This document shows positions 36,296 to 48,657 of a stretch of 64,000 nt of DNA, one piece after another. Position 1 is the stretch's first letter. Each line of letters begins with the position of its first letter. The notes beneath the pieces were generated by a model. It was given only the letters and a program-made list of their open reading frames with translations. It ran no database searches and was not told the origin of the DNA. The position numbers and the translations under genes are program-made. Source of the DNA: Selaginella moellendorffii (Eukaryota > Plantae > Lycopodiophyta); NCBI RefSeq assembly GCF_000143415.4, contig NW_003314305.1, forward strand, positions 125,563 through 189,562, in the 5' to 3' direction.

Positions 36296-37439
36296 ATTTA
36301 TGAGGTCCAAGTGTACAAATACAATGCCATATATTAATATTAGTGTAGTGGGATTTTGGTAATATCGGATTGGTTTTAATCTGGACCACTTGCTCTTATA
36401 TATAAGCTAGGATCTTTGGGCTAATTGATATACATATTTCTATATTCTATACATTCACATTGGTGAAGATGGAGGGTAATTTTGATTGTGCCTAAGTGCT
36501 TGGATTTGGGAGTTTGGTTTAGATTTAACTTTTATATCATTTAGATCTCCCTTTTCTTTTAACTTTTTCCATTTCTTTTCTTTTTCTTTTTCCTTTTCAT
36601 TTATCTTCATGGCAGAGCAATAGTCTCCTCCTCCTTTGACTCTGGAGCAATAGTTGGTGCAATTGTTCAATACTATATGATTGTAATTGAATAACTAAAT
36701 TTAGTTGATAGTAGTATTCGTGGCATGTGGTATAGCTCCTAGTGATCAAACTCTCTAGAATTCTCACGGAAGAACTCCAACCAAACGCAAGGATTGGCAA
36801 CAAAAGCAAAACTTTATAGTGATTGCCACATATCATTTTTGGGATGATGCTTAGCATTTGTATAAATTTCCTATGTCTCCAAGGGACAATGCTATAGTGG
36901 TATAATGGTTTGAGTGTAGCTACTTATGCAGATTGAAGCATTCTCCCAAATATTTTCAAACGCACATTTAGACATGTTGACGATTATGATGATGCTTTTA
37001 ACAATTGCATCGTCTTTGTCAAGAGTCATCTAAGTTGGTGATGTAATTTGGTGTTTATTTCCGAAGCCTTTTACTTCGTACGGAGTTAAATATATTGGAA
37101 TGAATCAAGTTAAAAATGTTGTGGGTAGCACTTTATCAAGATTTTGTAGGATTTATGCATACATTTACTCTAGCCACCATTGATAATACTTTTTGTTTGG
37201 CACAACATTATGAGATATTGCCTCTTCCACTTCTTGCTCCACACCCTTCAGTTTCACTTCATATAGGAAATGGTCCTGTTCTAATGGAGGTTGATGTTGT
37301 TGCTACCCGAGTTCAAGGACAAGGGCGAAGACGTGGTTGTGGCCGTGATATCTGCTACTGGGCATATGATGAAGTTGGTTGTATTTATTAACGTTGTCAG
37401 CATTTTCTAGAGTGGCAATCTCTATTTCTTAGATGGAGA

Positions 37440-39623
37440 CCTTGGTATTAATAACATCTTATTGATGTTGCTAGTCATTGCAGGTGGTGTCAAATCAAAC
37501 TTTTGATTTCATCCTTGGTATGGATTGGTTGCAATGCAATCATGCCAAGTGTAATTTTGAAGCTTCTCCCCCTTGTCTCATACTTCTTTATATTTCTTTA
37601 CTCCTTTCATTTTTATACCTTTTTATCCCTTTATTTCTACCTTTGCTTCTATCACTTTTGTCTATTCATTATTTCCTTCTATATTTCTGTCTTATTGCTC
37701 TTTTCCCTTTTTCAATCTTTTTGATGGTCTTTGTGTTGTAGTAGTTGACAAACTCATGAAAGAGTATGCTGATCTCTTTGAATTTGACATGTCATATAGG
37801 GCCAAGATTACAACATATCATCCTATTTCAACTAGGGATGCTTGTTCAATTAAGACTCCTGTTCATCATTAGTCACCCAAAGAGAACAAAATTTTATGTG
37901 CAAATATTAAGAAAATGTTAAAAAAGGGTGTTATTTGAAAGTCACAAAGTCCCTGGGCTTGTGAACTTCATCTTATGACAAAGTTTGATGGAAGTATTTG
38001 TTTTTGTATCGATTATCATCCGTTAAACGAAGTGACGATCTTGGATGTGTACCTGTCTTCCCCACACTACTGATCTCTTGGATTGTTTGGGGAGAAGTCA
38101 TTGGTTTACCAAGTTAAATCTTGTTTTTAGGTACTAGCAAATACTAATGGCTGAAGAAGATATTTTTAAGACTACATTTTATACACTATTTAGTCTGTAT
38201 GAATTCTTAGTGATGCCATTTGATTTAAACAATGCTTTAATAACTTTCTAGCAGATGATGAATAAGGTTCTTTGCGATATATTAGAGGTGACTGTTGACT
38301 TCATCGATAATGTCTTAATCCACTTGAAAGAGATGTAGAAGGAACACGTTTATAATGTTCGTAAGGTGTTGGATCAGTTATGGGAAGTTGATTTAAATTT
38401 GAAGTGGTTGAAGTGTGTGTTTAGGTCCAAAGACATAACTTATCTTGGGTAATATATTTTTCATGAAAGTTTGCAAGTTGATCATGACAAATCTATAATT
38501 TCCTTACTCTGAAGTGTGTGAATGATGTGCAATGCTTTTTGAGCAAGGTGCAATATCTCGATTGTTTTATTAATCATCTTTCTAATCACAGTACACAATT
38601 GCGAGCATTGTTGAAGTTGTTAATATCATCTTTCATTTAGTCTACAATTATGAACATGTGTTTACGAATCTCAAAAATCTATTGACGACTCCTTTGGTTT
38701 TGGCATATCATTATTACACTCAACTTTTCACTTTTCTATTGTGGAGTAGCTCATCTTCATTGGTTGTAATGTATGGTTAATATATGCAATAAAATGGCAC
38801 TAACCAAGCACACTTGAGCTCTCTTGCATCAACACACATCCAAGACCGATATCAAAAGTATCAAGAGTGTTTAGTAGCTATTTGGGGCTTTGAGAAACTT
38901 CATATATATCAACATGGTTTTTAAACATTACTAAAAAGTGATCATGTTGTAGTTATTTCATTATTGAAGCGAAAGAACTTTGTTGGTCGTACTGTTCAGT
39001 GGGCTTTGAAACTTCATATATATCAATTTGATGTTATTCATCCCCTGGGGAGTTCTATAGTTGGTATTAATGCCTTTTCTCGAATTCTTCTTCCTTCTTC
39101 ACTCTCTTCTCATGTTTCTGACGAGTCTATTACTCTAATATCTGGTGGATTTTTTAGACGAAGATTCTTTGTCATCGGTGGTTTACTATATTTGACATTC
39201 AATATCCACAAGGTAAAGAACAAAATTTACCTTCTTTTAATGAGATTCATGAGGCTCAAAATATTGAGCTATGGATTCGAAAGCTTTATGATGGGTTTGA
39301 GAATCTTGCATCATTTATTGATTGCCATTTCGGCATTTATATTCTTAATATCACATTGAGGACAACCTTCTTTATTTTGTGAGGATGGATTTTGATGATC
39401 ATTTATGGCTGGTGGTGTTTTCGATCTTTATTCCATGCTTTCTCCATGCCTACCATGATTCTTTTATTCTATATGGGCATATGGGACATTATCGTATGAC
39501 CGAGAAACTTCGTAGGTTTTTCTATTCACTAAAGATGTGACATGATGCTATCCAGTATATGCATAGCTGCATTTGGTGCCAAGCTTGTAATACTCCCCCT
39601 TATGTTGCGAAATAACAATTGGA
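37440..39623 (+). pseudogene. gypsy pol remnant: protease, RT, RNase H, start of integrase
   Basis: DFILGMDWL; KSQSPWA..KFDGSICFCIDYHPLNEVT; MPFDLNNA; DFIDNVLIH; QWALKLHIYQFDVIHPLG..NAFSR. Many stops and frameshifts. Confidence 0.9.
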
Positions 39624-40657
39624 TGTAAGCGACTAAATTTTCCATTTTACTTTAGTCACTTAACCGTACCTCCGACCACTTGGAGGAGTCTCACTCACAA
39701 CCTCCATAAGTCCTATTTTGGACTTGGGCTTACTAGCCCCGAGAATGGCATCCCCGCCACTCAACTTCGTGCACTTGGTCCAAGTGCTCCACGTGTCCGA
39801 TCCCATGACCGACACCCCAAGGTACCACCAACATATCAGCCTGTTACACTAAGGCCATGCGCATTCACCTTGGTCACAACGATGGTCTGACACCACCTGC
39901 ATCCCAGTCCTGTCACTCAAAGACTGGGCCATCCATCCATGAATGATCATCCCAGATCCACTCCTTAGCATCCTTAGGATGCCCACCGACATGGGGATTA
40001 GCCTTCCCCAATATCTCCATTCCAGTCCCCACTAAGTCCCTTTTCATCCATGGCCGTGTTCGCCAACACTGCCACTGGATCGAGGCCTACAAGCCCGACC
40101 ACTAAGTCCCACGGTCCTCTGGGACTTCCTCACCACACGACTGCGTCCTTGGTCACTACCCCAGAGGATTGCTCCTCTTCCTTTCCACAGTCTGGGCCTT
40201 TGGGACAACATTTCGGAACACCGTGGCCTTACACGAGCCACCTGGGTATTCTCCCCGCCTTCCGCCCTTTGGTGCTCTAGCCATGGGCTTAGAGTGAGGT
40301 TCCGTTAAGCCACGCTTGGTATCCAAGTAGGTAGTGCCACCCACACTTGGACTGGGAGCATCGGTCAGTCGATCTCCCGGGGGAACTAAAGCCGGCTCTT
40401 GAACACTTCACCAAGCTACCCCGCTTGTCGGTCCGTATTCACTCTAGTCTTGGACTTCCCAGTGGTCAGCTCATCACCCAACAGTTGGGTCTAGCCTTCA
40501 TGGGCCAAACTGGCCTTTCCTGGCCAAATTGGCTCCACTGGGCTCCAACCGCCACACTCTCCCTACTATACTTTTGGAACCCCCCGCAGCCCTCCCCCCC
40601 CCCCCCCCCCAGGGGGACGATCGCTTTGGGCTTTCACCCAACTGCCTGTATTAGTAT

Positions 40658-40707
40658 TCGGACTTGGACTCGGACTCGGTCTCGGTCCCGGATTCGGACT
40701 CGGACTT

Positions 40708-40741
<34 letters not shown>

Positions 40742-41004
40742 CCGGTCCCGGTCTCAGACTCCATCTCGGACTCCACCTCGGGTCCATCTCGGACTCCACC
40801 TTGGGTCCATCTCGGACTCCATCTCGGGTCCATCTCGGACTCCATCTTGGGTCCATCTCGGACTCCATCTCGGTTCATCTCGGACTCCATCTCGGACTCC
40901 ATCTCGGACTCCATATCGGACTCCATCTCGGACTCCATCTCGGACTCCATATCGGACTCCACCTCGGACTCCATCTCGGGTCTGCCTCAGACTCCATCTC
41001 GGAC
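40658..41004. repeat. LTR-internal minisatellite: 6-bp (GACTCG/GTCTCG) and 11/12-bp (GGGTCCATCTC/GGACTCCATCTC) units; also at 43848-44410, 47950-48425, 57085-57340, 57575-58000, 63280-63780
   Basis: Directly visible; explains the low-complexity ORFs in all frames. Confidence 0.95.
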
Positions 41005-43099
41005 ACTTCCACGTGTCATGTGTTGGTCCTTTCGGGTCCCTTTTTAGAGCCTCGCTTATGGCTCGCTTCGTGCTCATTCCTCGAGCACTTTGTTGGGAGT
41101 TCCACTCCCACTCTCGACCTTTCAAGTCGGAGCTTTTAGTCCAAACGTGTTACGCTCGTTTGGCTTTCGCTTCAGCCACTACCACGTGGCACCCTTCCAG
41201 CTCCACTTTGGGGCCTAGGGATTTTGTGTCTCACAACTCCACCACCCATAGATGAAGTTTGATGTCCTCATCGAACGGTAAACCATTTTATAAAGTAGCA
41301 CCCGCATGTGTTACCATTTCCATCTTTGGCACCTAATCAATATTTGTCAATGGTTTGACATTGAAGGCTCACCATGCCTTCTCCATATTCGTCAATGGTT
41401 TGACATTAAAGGCTCACTATGCCTTTTGCATATTCCTTAATGGTTTGACACCAAAGGCTCACCATGCTTTGCCTATCCTCTAAGGAGGGTAGTCTTTCTA
41501 ACTTAGAGACTGATTGGACCACATGTAGTGGTTCTCTCCTTTTATTGGTTTAGTTCTCGCTAAACCTCTTAGAGACCCTTTTCTAAGTCAATCTCACTAC
41601 TCCTTCTCGAGTAGTCTCAATTTCCATCTATTAAACGTTTGCACCTTGGAACTTTTACTCTTTTGACTTTTGGAAGTCAATTTCCTAGGTGTCTCCAACA
41701 CCTTGCATTGCACAGATTGTGCAACTCCACTTCCCCATTCTAGGAAGTTCATTACTTGAGGGCACCATCATCCTCTCTTCTATTTCGTGCCACCTTGGGC
41801 ATTAAGTTCCATTTATCATACTTTGTGCTAAGGTTGTCCATGGCCCTATCATTTGGCTACCTTACCGCTCCCTCCCTTGGAGCTTCTACTTTCGCCAAAT
41901 CGGAGCAATTCGAAATCTATCCTTGGAAACACATTTCCTTTCCCGCAATTTGTTAGCGACCAACACATTAGTGTTCCTCACCTAACTTTGTCACTTGGAT
42001 TCCTTCCAAGGGATTCCATGGCCCTATCTTGGCCACTCATCTTTTGCTCCTATCCGTTGATTGTTGCACCAAGCAACATCGAATCTCTACCTCCCTCCTT
42101 GAGGTATTCTTTTGATTCCATAGCAAAGGCTCTGCTTTGCCAAGACTAGGGTGTTCACCCCTAGTAAGTCTCTTTAGCATCTTCTGCTGTAAGCTCTATC
42201 CACGGCCCAACTTTGTGACCCTCCCATAGGTCTCTTTAGAGACTACTTTCCTTGGACACACTATGCCATCGCAATGACATAGCTCATTTCCCTAAGGTGC
42301 TTTTCCCACTTGGTCACCTTGACCAAGCTACACCATCATCAATATCAAATCAACACTTTGAACTAAGAACCTTATTCCTTAACCCAAACAAGGACCTTGT
42401 CCTTATTTAGCCACAAGATCACCTAGTGATCTCACCTCGGCACCTTAACAGGTTTGCCAATAGGTACTAAGTCTTCCAGACCTTTAACTTGTTAACTACA
42501 ACCCCAGGGGCATCCCCCACACTTGGCGGTGCGCCCAAGCCAGCCCTTCCGGCCAAGGGTCCATAGCAACTGAGACTGGGTGTCCCCATCTCATTCACCA
42601 CATCCTTGGTGCCACTAGCACCAAAGTGTTCAAGTTAGATATGCTGAGCCACACTAAGCAATCTAACCGTGCATCACGACTCCGGGGCATCCCCCGTTTG
42701 GCGGTGTGCCCAAGCCAATATCCTCATTGAGAATCCATGACCACCGAAATATGAGTGTCCTCATATTCCAAACCATCACCACGCCCTAGTGATTTGGGAC
42801 TCGAACCCAAGCACTAGAGGGTCGGGACTCGAACCCAACCTCCGTATATGCATCTACGGACAGCATCACGTAGGATGCCTGGCGTGACTCCCCACGCCGG
42901 TGCACCAACTTATACTCAAAGCGCGTTATAGATCACAGCTTAGGAACCTAATTCCTCCCCACTACCAAGTCCTCTCACTTAACAAGCCTGTGATCATGCA
43001 TGGACTCCTCCATGTTTGGCCCCATGGCCCACCCTTTTTGAAGTTATCACCTTCAACTAGGGTATTTGTTCCCCTGACTTGCCCATCTCGCTTTGGCAA

Positions 43100-44640
43100 T
43101 GTAAGCAACTAATTTTTCCATTCTACTTTAGTCACTTAACCACACCTCCGACCACTTGGAGGAGTCTCATTCACAACCTCCATAAGTCCAACTTAGGACT
43201 TGGGGCTTGCTAGCCCCGAGAATGGCATCCATGCCACTCAGCCTTAGCACTTGGTCCAAGTGCTCCACGTGTCCGATCCCATGATTGACACCCCGAGGTA
43301 CCACTGACGTATCGGCCCGTTACGCTAAGGCCATGGCCCAATTACCTTGGTCACACTGGTGGTCCAACACCACCTGCATTCCAATCCCGGTCTCTCAAAG
43401 ACTGAGTCATCTGTCCATGAGGGATCATCCCAGATCCACTCCTTAACATCCTTAGGATGCCTACAGACATGGGGAATACCCTTCCCCAATATCTCTGTTC
43501 CGGTCCCCACCAAGTCCCTTTCTGTCCTTGGCTGTGTTCGCCAACACTGCCACTGGATCAAGGCCCACCAGCCCGACCACTAAGTCCCACTATCCTCTAG
43601 GACTTCCTCACTGTGTGACTGTGTCCTTGGTCACCACACCAGAGGGCTACCCCTCTTCCCTTCCATAGTCTGGGACTTTGGGACACCATTTCGGAACACT
43701 GTGGCCCTACGCGGGCCTCATGGGTACTCTCCCAAACTGGCCTTTCCTAGCCAAACTGGCTCCACTGCAGTCCTCCCCCTACTATACTTTTGGAGCTCAC
43801 CAAACCCCCCAGGGTCTGGGAGACGAACGCTTTGGGCTTTCACCCTCTCAGACTCGAACTCGGACTCGGACTCGGACTCGGACTCGGACTCGGACTCGGA
43901 CTCGGACTCGGACTCGGACTTGGACTTGGGCTCGGGCTCGGTCTCGGCCTCGGCCTCGGTCTTGGTCTCGGTCCCGATCTCGGTCTCGGTCCCGGTCTCA
44001 GTCTCGACTTCGGACTCCATCTCGGGTCCATCTCAGACTCCATCTCGGACTCCATCTCGGGTCCATCTCGGACTCCATCTCGGACTCCATCTCGGGTCCA
44101 TCTCGGACTCCATCTCGGACTCCATCTCGGATCCATCTCGGGTCCATCTTGGACTCCATCTCGGACTCCATCTCGGGTCCATCTCGGACTCCATCTCGGG
44201 TCCATCTCGGACTCCATCTCGGACCCCATCTCGGACTCCATCTCGGACCCCATCTCGGGTCCATCTCGGGTCCATCTCAGACTCCATCTCGGGTCCATCT
44301 TGGGTCCATCTCGGACTCCATCTCGGGTCCATCTCGGACTCCATCTCGGGTCCATCTCGGACTCCATCTCAGACTCCATCTCGGGTCCATCTCGGGTCCA
44401 TCTCGGACTCTTCCACGTGTCATGTGTTGGTCCTTTCGGGTCCCTTTTTTAGAGCCTCGCTTATGGCTCGCTTCGTGCTCATTCCTCGAGCACTTTGTTG
44501 GGAGTTCCACTCCCACTCTCGACCTTTCAAGTCGGAGCTTTTAGTCCAAATGTGTTACGCTCGTTTGGCTTTCGCTTCAGCCACTACCACGTGGCACCCT
44601 TCCAGCTCCACTTTGGGGCCTAGGGATTTTGTGTCTCACA
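43100..44640 (-). mobile_element. Solo LTR of the same family inserted in the internal domain of copy 1
   Basis: TG..CA with flanks GGCAA/GGTAA; copy 2 has the empty site with a single GGCAA (ttgcc at 61286-61290). Confidence 0.92.
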
Positions 44641-47600
44641 GGTAAGTCCTCCGACCACTGTAACATGGTTCCTGCACAAGCGTGAAAGCCCTTGATCATT
44701 GACTTTCGTTCAAAGCCTTCTTTTTGAACACTCGGGAACTACTTCCCTAACCTTGATAGCCTTGCCTCATGGCAAACTTCAAGACCACGCTTCTGCTGCG
44801 CCACTTTGATTTCGCGCGTTCCTTGAACCATTTACGCTTGGCCTTTCTAGGTACTAAGCTACCTAGAATCCTCTTTGGGAACCTTGAAGGAACTCTATCC
44901 CTTAGCTTGCTAAGGCCCCCCTTTTTGCGAGCTTTCCAATTACCATATAGTCTAACATGGACAATTCCATATTTTAGACTCTCCATGGCATCACGGTTGC
45001 TAGCGGCAACACCCTCGAGCCCCCACTTGATTCTCCACTCCCAGCTGGCATAACCAACCTTGGTTATGCCCTTCGATTCCTATGGTTTGGTTCTATCCCC
45101 TTACTTCTTGCTTTTGGCTTCACACCTTTCCTTCGGTCATTCTCCTCCAGACCAGGAGGATAGCTTTGCACTTTCTATCATGCCTTAGCAAGTATTCTTA
45201 GGGATGAACCTACCCGATAGCCTAGGGAGTGGTTCCTCAATCCATGTATGCTCACCCTATAATCCCACACACCGGGATTACGTTGTTGCTTACGGGCCTT
45301 TGCATGCCCATCGCTAGCCTTGCCAAAATTCCACTTTTGGCTTTGTCCAATTCGAGTAGACAATCTTCTCCTGTCTCTGCCACCTTGGACATTTGGATAG
45401 CACCTACTATCCATCATTCGCTAGGGACTTAGTCCCTTGGGCCTTATCTACTGCCCTCGCGACATCAAACACCACCTCTTGGTGTTCTAGAGTGTTCGGG
45501 TGTCCCAATGACGGCTTCCTTGACAATGAGTATTTCCTTTTATGACATTAACTTACTATATCGCAACATAAGCAACTTATCCCCCGTAAGGGTATATCCA
45601 ACTTCCCTATGCCATTAAGAAGGCTTGGATAGCTACCTTCTACCCGTTTAACCAATTATTTTGCACCTCTTGCTTAGTTGCCTCGTAGTTGTCAAGTCCT
45701 ACAACTCATTGCTGGTGCTTCCACACCTCCATCATTATCTGGGTCACCACACTTCAACTGCATGCTCTGCAGCTTAGGCTATGCCATTCCCATTTCTATT
45801 GGGATTCCTTTGGCAAGGGGTTCTCATGAACCCACTAATATAGCCTCAAGGTATCACACCTTGGCACATTTGGTGTCTCCACACCATCGGCTTCACAAGC
45901 CTACCTCTATGACACTTCTTCTTTGTGTCTAAGTCTTTGCCAAGACCAATACCACTTTCTCATGCCAACCATCCGTTAACACTGCATCATAGAGGTCACA
46001 CACAACTTTGTGTCAAAGTTGTTTTCTTTTTAGGAACACCTTTCCCACGACTTTAGCATGGCACATTTTGCCATCGATGAGATACCCTCTGTTCTCATCC
46101 TTGGATCCTATGATCCCCCCCCATCCTTTGTGGGGTACAACACACCTCAGTCCAAATGCTTCCATCAGTCCTTTTAGGACCATCCTTTGACTCTACTTGA
46201 GTCATCCAGCAGTTTTGGACTTGGTTAATCCACAGACCCGTAAGGTCCTACTTGTGAGGCACTAGCTCACTGGAATACACTTCTTGCATTCCTGTCATAC
46301 TCAAAAGGACTATTTTCACAAGTGTTACTCTGACACTTGATTTTGTTCTCTGGGGCAACCTTTGCCCCTTAAGACTACTTGTCCATGTGATGAGAATACC
46401 AACTCATCTCTAAGTACACCCCCTAACTCCTTGGGTTGTTCCAGCATTTATTAAAGGTAGCCCCGGCTGCCATTTCAAGGACTTGAGTCCTCTTTCGTAT
46501 TTGACCTCCCACGGTCATTACCTCTGGTCTCACATTCATGAGCACCAACTTCAACTATATGAGGATAATCTTGTGACTCCTTTATTGTTTTGGAGTCTAC
46601 ATCTTTCCCGTAATCCCAACTATAGTTATTTATCACAACTACGTTAACCCATTTGCTGCGTCAAACGCTCATTTGGATCACATCCTCCTCTCTGAGGAGA
46701 CCTTATACTGTTCCTAAGATCCCAAAGTCGTTCCATTATTGGCCCTTTTTTATCCACCACCTCGTTTACAAGTTCACACGTGAACTGTAATGGAGAGCTA
46801 TGTCTTCCCGACTTGCTACTCCACAAGGATAGGCCCACTCCTCGGACCTTCCGATGCCAACACAAGTGATGATATACTTGAGCACCAATAAAAGTCGGAC
46901 TAAGGAACAGCTCCGATACCAAATTGTAAGCGACTAAATTTTTCATTTTACTTTAGTCACTTAACCGCACCTCCGACCACTTAGAGGAGTCTCACTCACA
47001 ACCTCCATAAGTCCTATTTTTGACTTGGGCCTACTAGCCTCGAGAATGGCATCCCCGCCACTCAACTTCGTGCACTTGGTCCAAGTGCTTCATGTGTCCG
47101 ATCCCATGACCAACACCCCAAGGTACCACCAACATATCAGCCTGTTACGCTAAGGCCATGCCCATTCACCTTGGTCACAACGATGGTCTGACACCACCTG
47201 CATCCCAGTCCCGTCACTCAAAGACTGGGCCATCCATCCATGAATGATCATCCCAGATCCACTCCTTAGCATCCTTAGGATGCCCATTGACATGGGGATT
47301 AGCCTTCCCCAATATCTCCATTCCAGTCCCCACTAAGTCCCTTTTCGTCCATGGCCGTGTTCGCCAACACTACCATTGGATCGAGGCTCACAGGCCCGAC
47401 CACTAAGTCCCATGGTCCTCTGGGACTTCCTCACCACACGACTGCATCCTTGGTCACTACCCCAGAGGACTGCTCCTCTTCCTTTCCACAGTCTGGGCTT
47501 TTGGGACAACATTTCGGAACACTGTGGCCTTATGCGAGCCACCTGGGTATTCTCCCCGCCTTCCGCCCTTGGGTGCTCTAGCCATGGGCTTAGAGCGAGG

Positions 47601-48657
47601 TTCCATTGAGCCACGCCTGGTATCCAAGTAGGTAGTGCCACCCACACTTGGACTGGGAGCATCGGCCAGTCGATCTCCCGGGGAAACTAGAGCCGGCTCT
47701 TGAACACTTCACCAAGCTACCCCACTTGTCGGTCCGTATTCACTCTAGTCTTGGACTTCCCAGTGGTCAGCTCATCACCCAACACTGGGTCTAGCCTTCC
47801 TGGGCCATACTGACCTTTCCTGGCCAAACTGGCTCCACTGGGCTCTAACCGCCACACTCTCCCTACTATACTTTTGGAACCCCCCGCAGCCCCCCCCCCC
47901 CCCTGGGGGACGATCGCTTTGGGCTTTCACCCAACTGCCTGTATTAGTATTCGGACTCGGACTCAGACTCGGACTCAGACTCGGTCTCGGTCCCGAATTC
48001 GGATTCGGACTCGGTCTCGGTCTCGGTCTTGGTCCCGGTCTCGGTCCCGGTCCCGGTCTCGGTTCCATCTCGGACTCCATCTCGGACTCCACCTCAGGTC
48101 CATCTCGGACTCCACCTCGGGTCCATCTCAGACTCCATCTCGGGTCCATCTCGGACTCCATCTCGGGTCCATCTCGGACTCCATCTCGGTCCATCTCGGA
48201 CTCCATATCGGACTCCATCTCAGACTCCATCTCAAACTCCATATCGGACCCCATTTCGGACTCCATCTCGGACTCCATATCAGACCCCATTTTGGACTCC
48301 ATCTCGGACTCCATATCGGACTCCATTTCGGGTCCATCTTGGACTCCATCTCGGACTCCATATCGGACTCCACTTCGGGTCCATCTCGGACTCCATCTCG
48401 GGTTCGCCTCGGACTCCATCTCGGACACTTCCACGTGTCATGTGTTGGTCCTTTTGGGTCCCTTTTTAGAGCCTCGTTTATGGCTCGCTTCGTGCTCATT
48501 CCTCGAGCACTTTGTTGGGAGTTCCACTCCCGCTCTCGACCTTTCAAGTCGGAGCTTTTAGTCCAAACATGTTATGCTCGTTTGGCTTTCGCTTCAGCCA
48601 CTACCACGTGGCGCCCTTCCAGCTCCACTTTGGGGCCTAGGGATTTTGTGTCTCACA

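Larger units (their letters stand above)
39624..48657 (-). mobile_element. Full-length non-autonomous LTR retroelement (LARD-like), copy 1
   Basis: TSD TTGGA (39619-23 / 48658-62); LTRs 46925-48657 (5') and 39624-41235 (3'); PBS TGGTATCGGAGC (tRNA-iMet type) at ~46911-46922; PPT GGGTGGTGGAG at 41237-41247; no intact ORF. Confidence 0.93.

Noticed and set aside
41345-41480. Three ~47-bp tandem units near the PPT of copy 1
   Set aside because: Single unit in copy 2; local slippage.
42794-42900. Bona fide tRNA gene or SINE
   Set aside because: T-arms are present, but no acceptor stem, D-arm/A-box or tail was found; kept only as a structured-RNA finding.
43848-44410. Repeat array as a CRISPR-like locus
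   Set aside because: No unique spacers; plain tandem units in a eukaryotic LTR.
39624-48657. Three-LTR tandem element or retrozyme
   Set aside because: The middle LTR has its own TSD and an empty site in copy 2; no hammerhead core was found.
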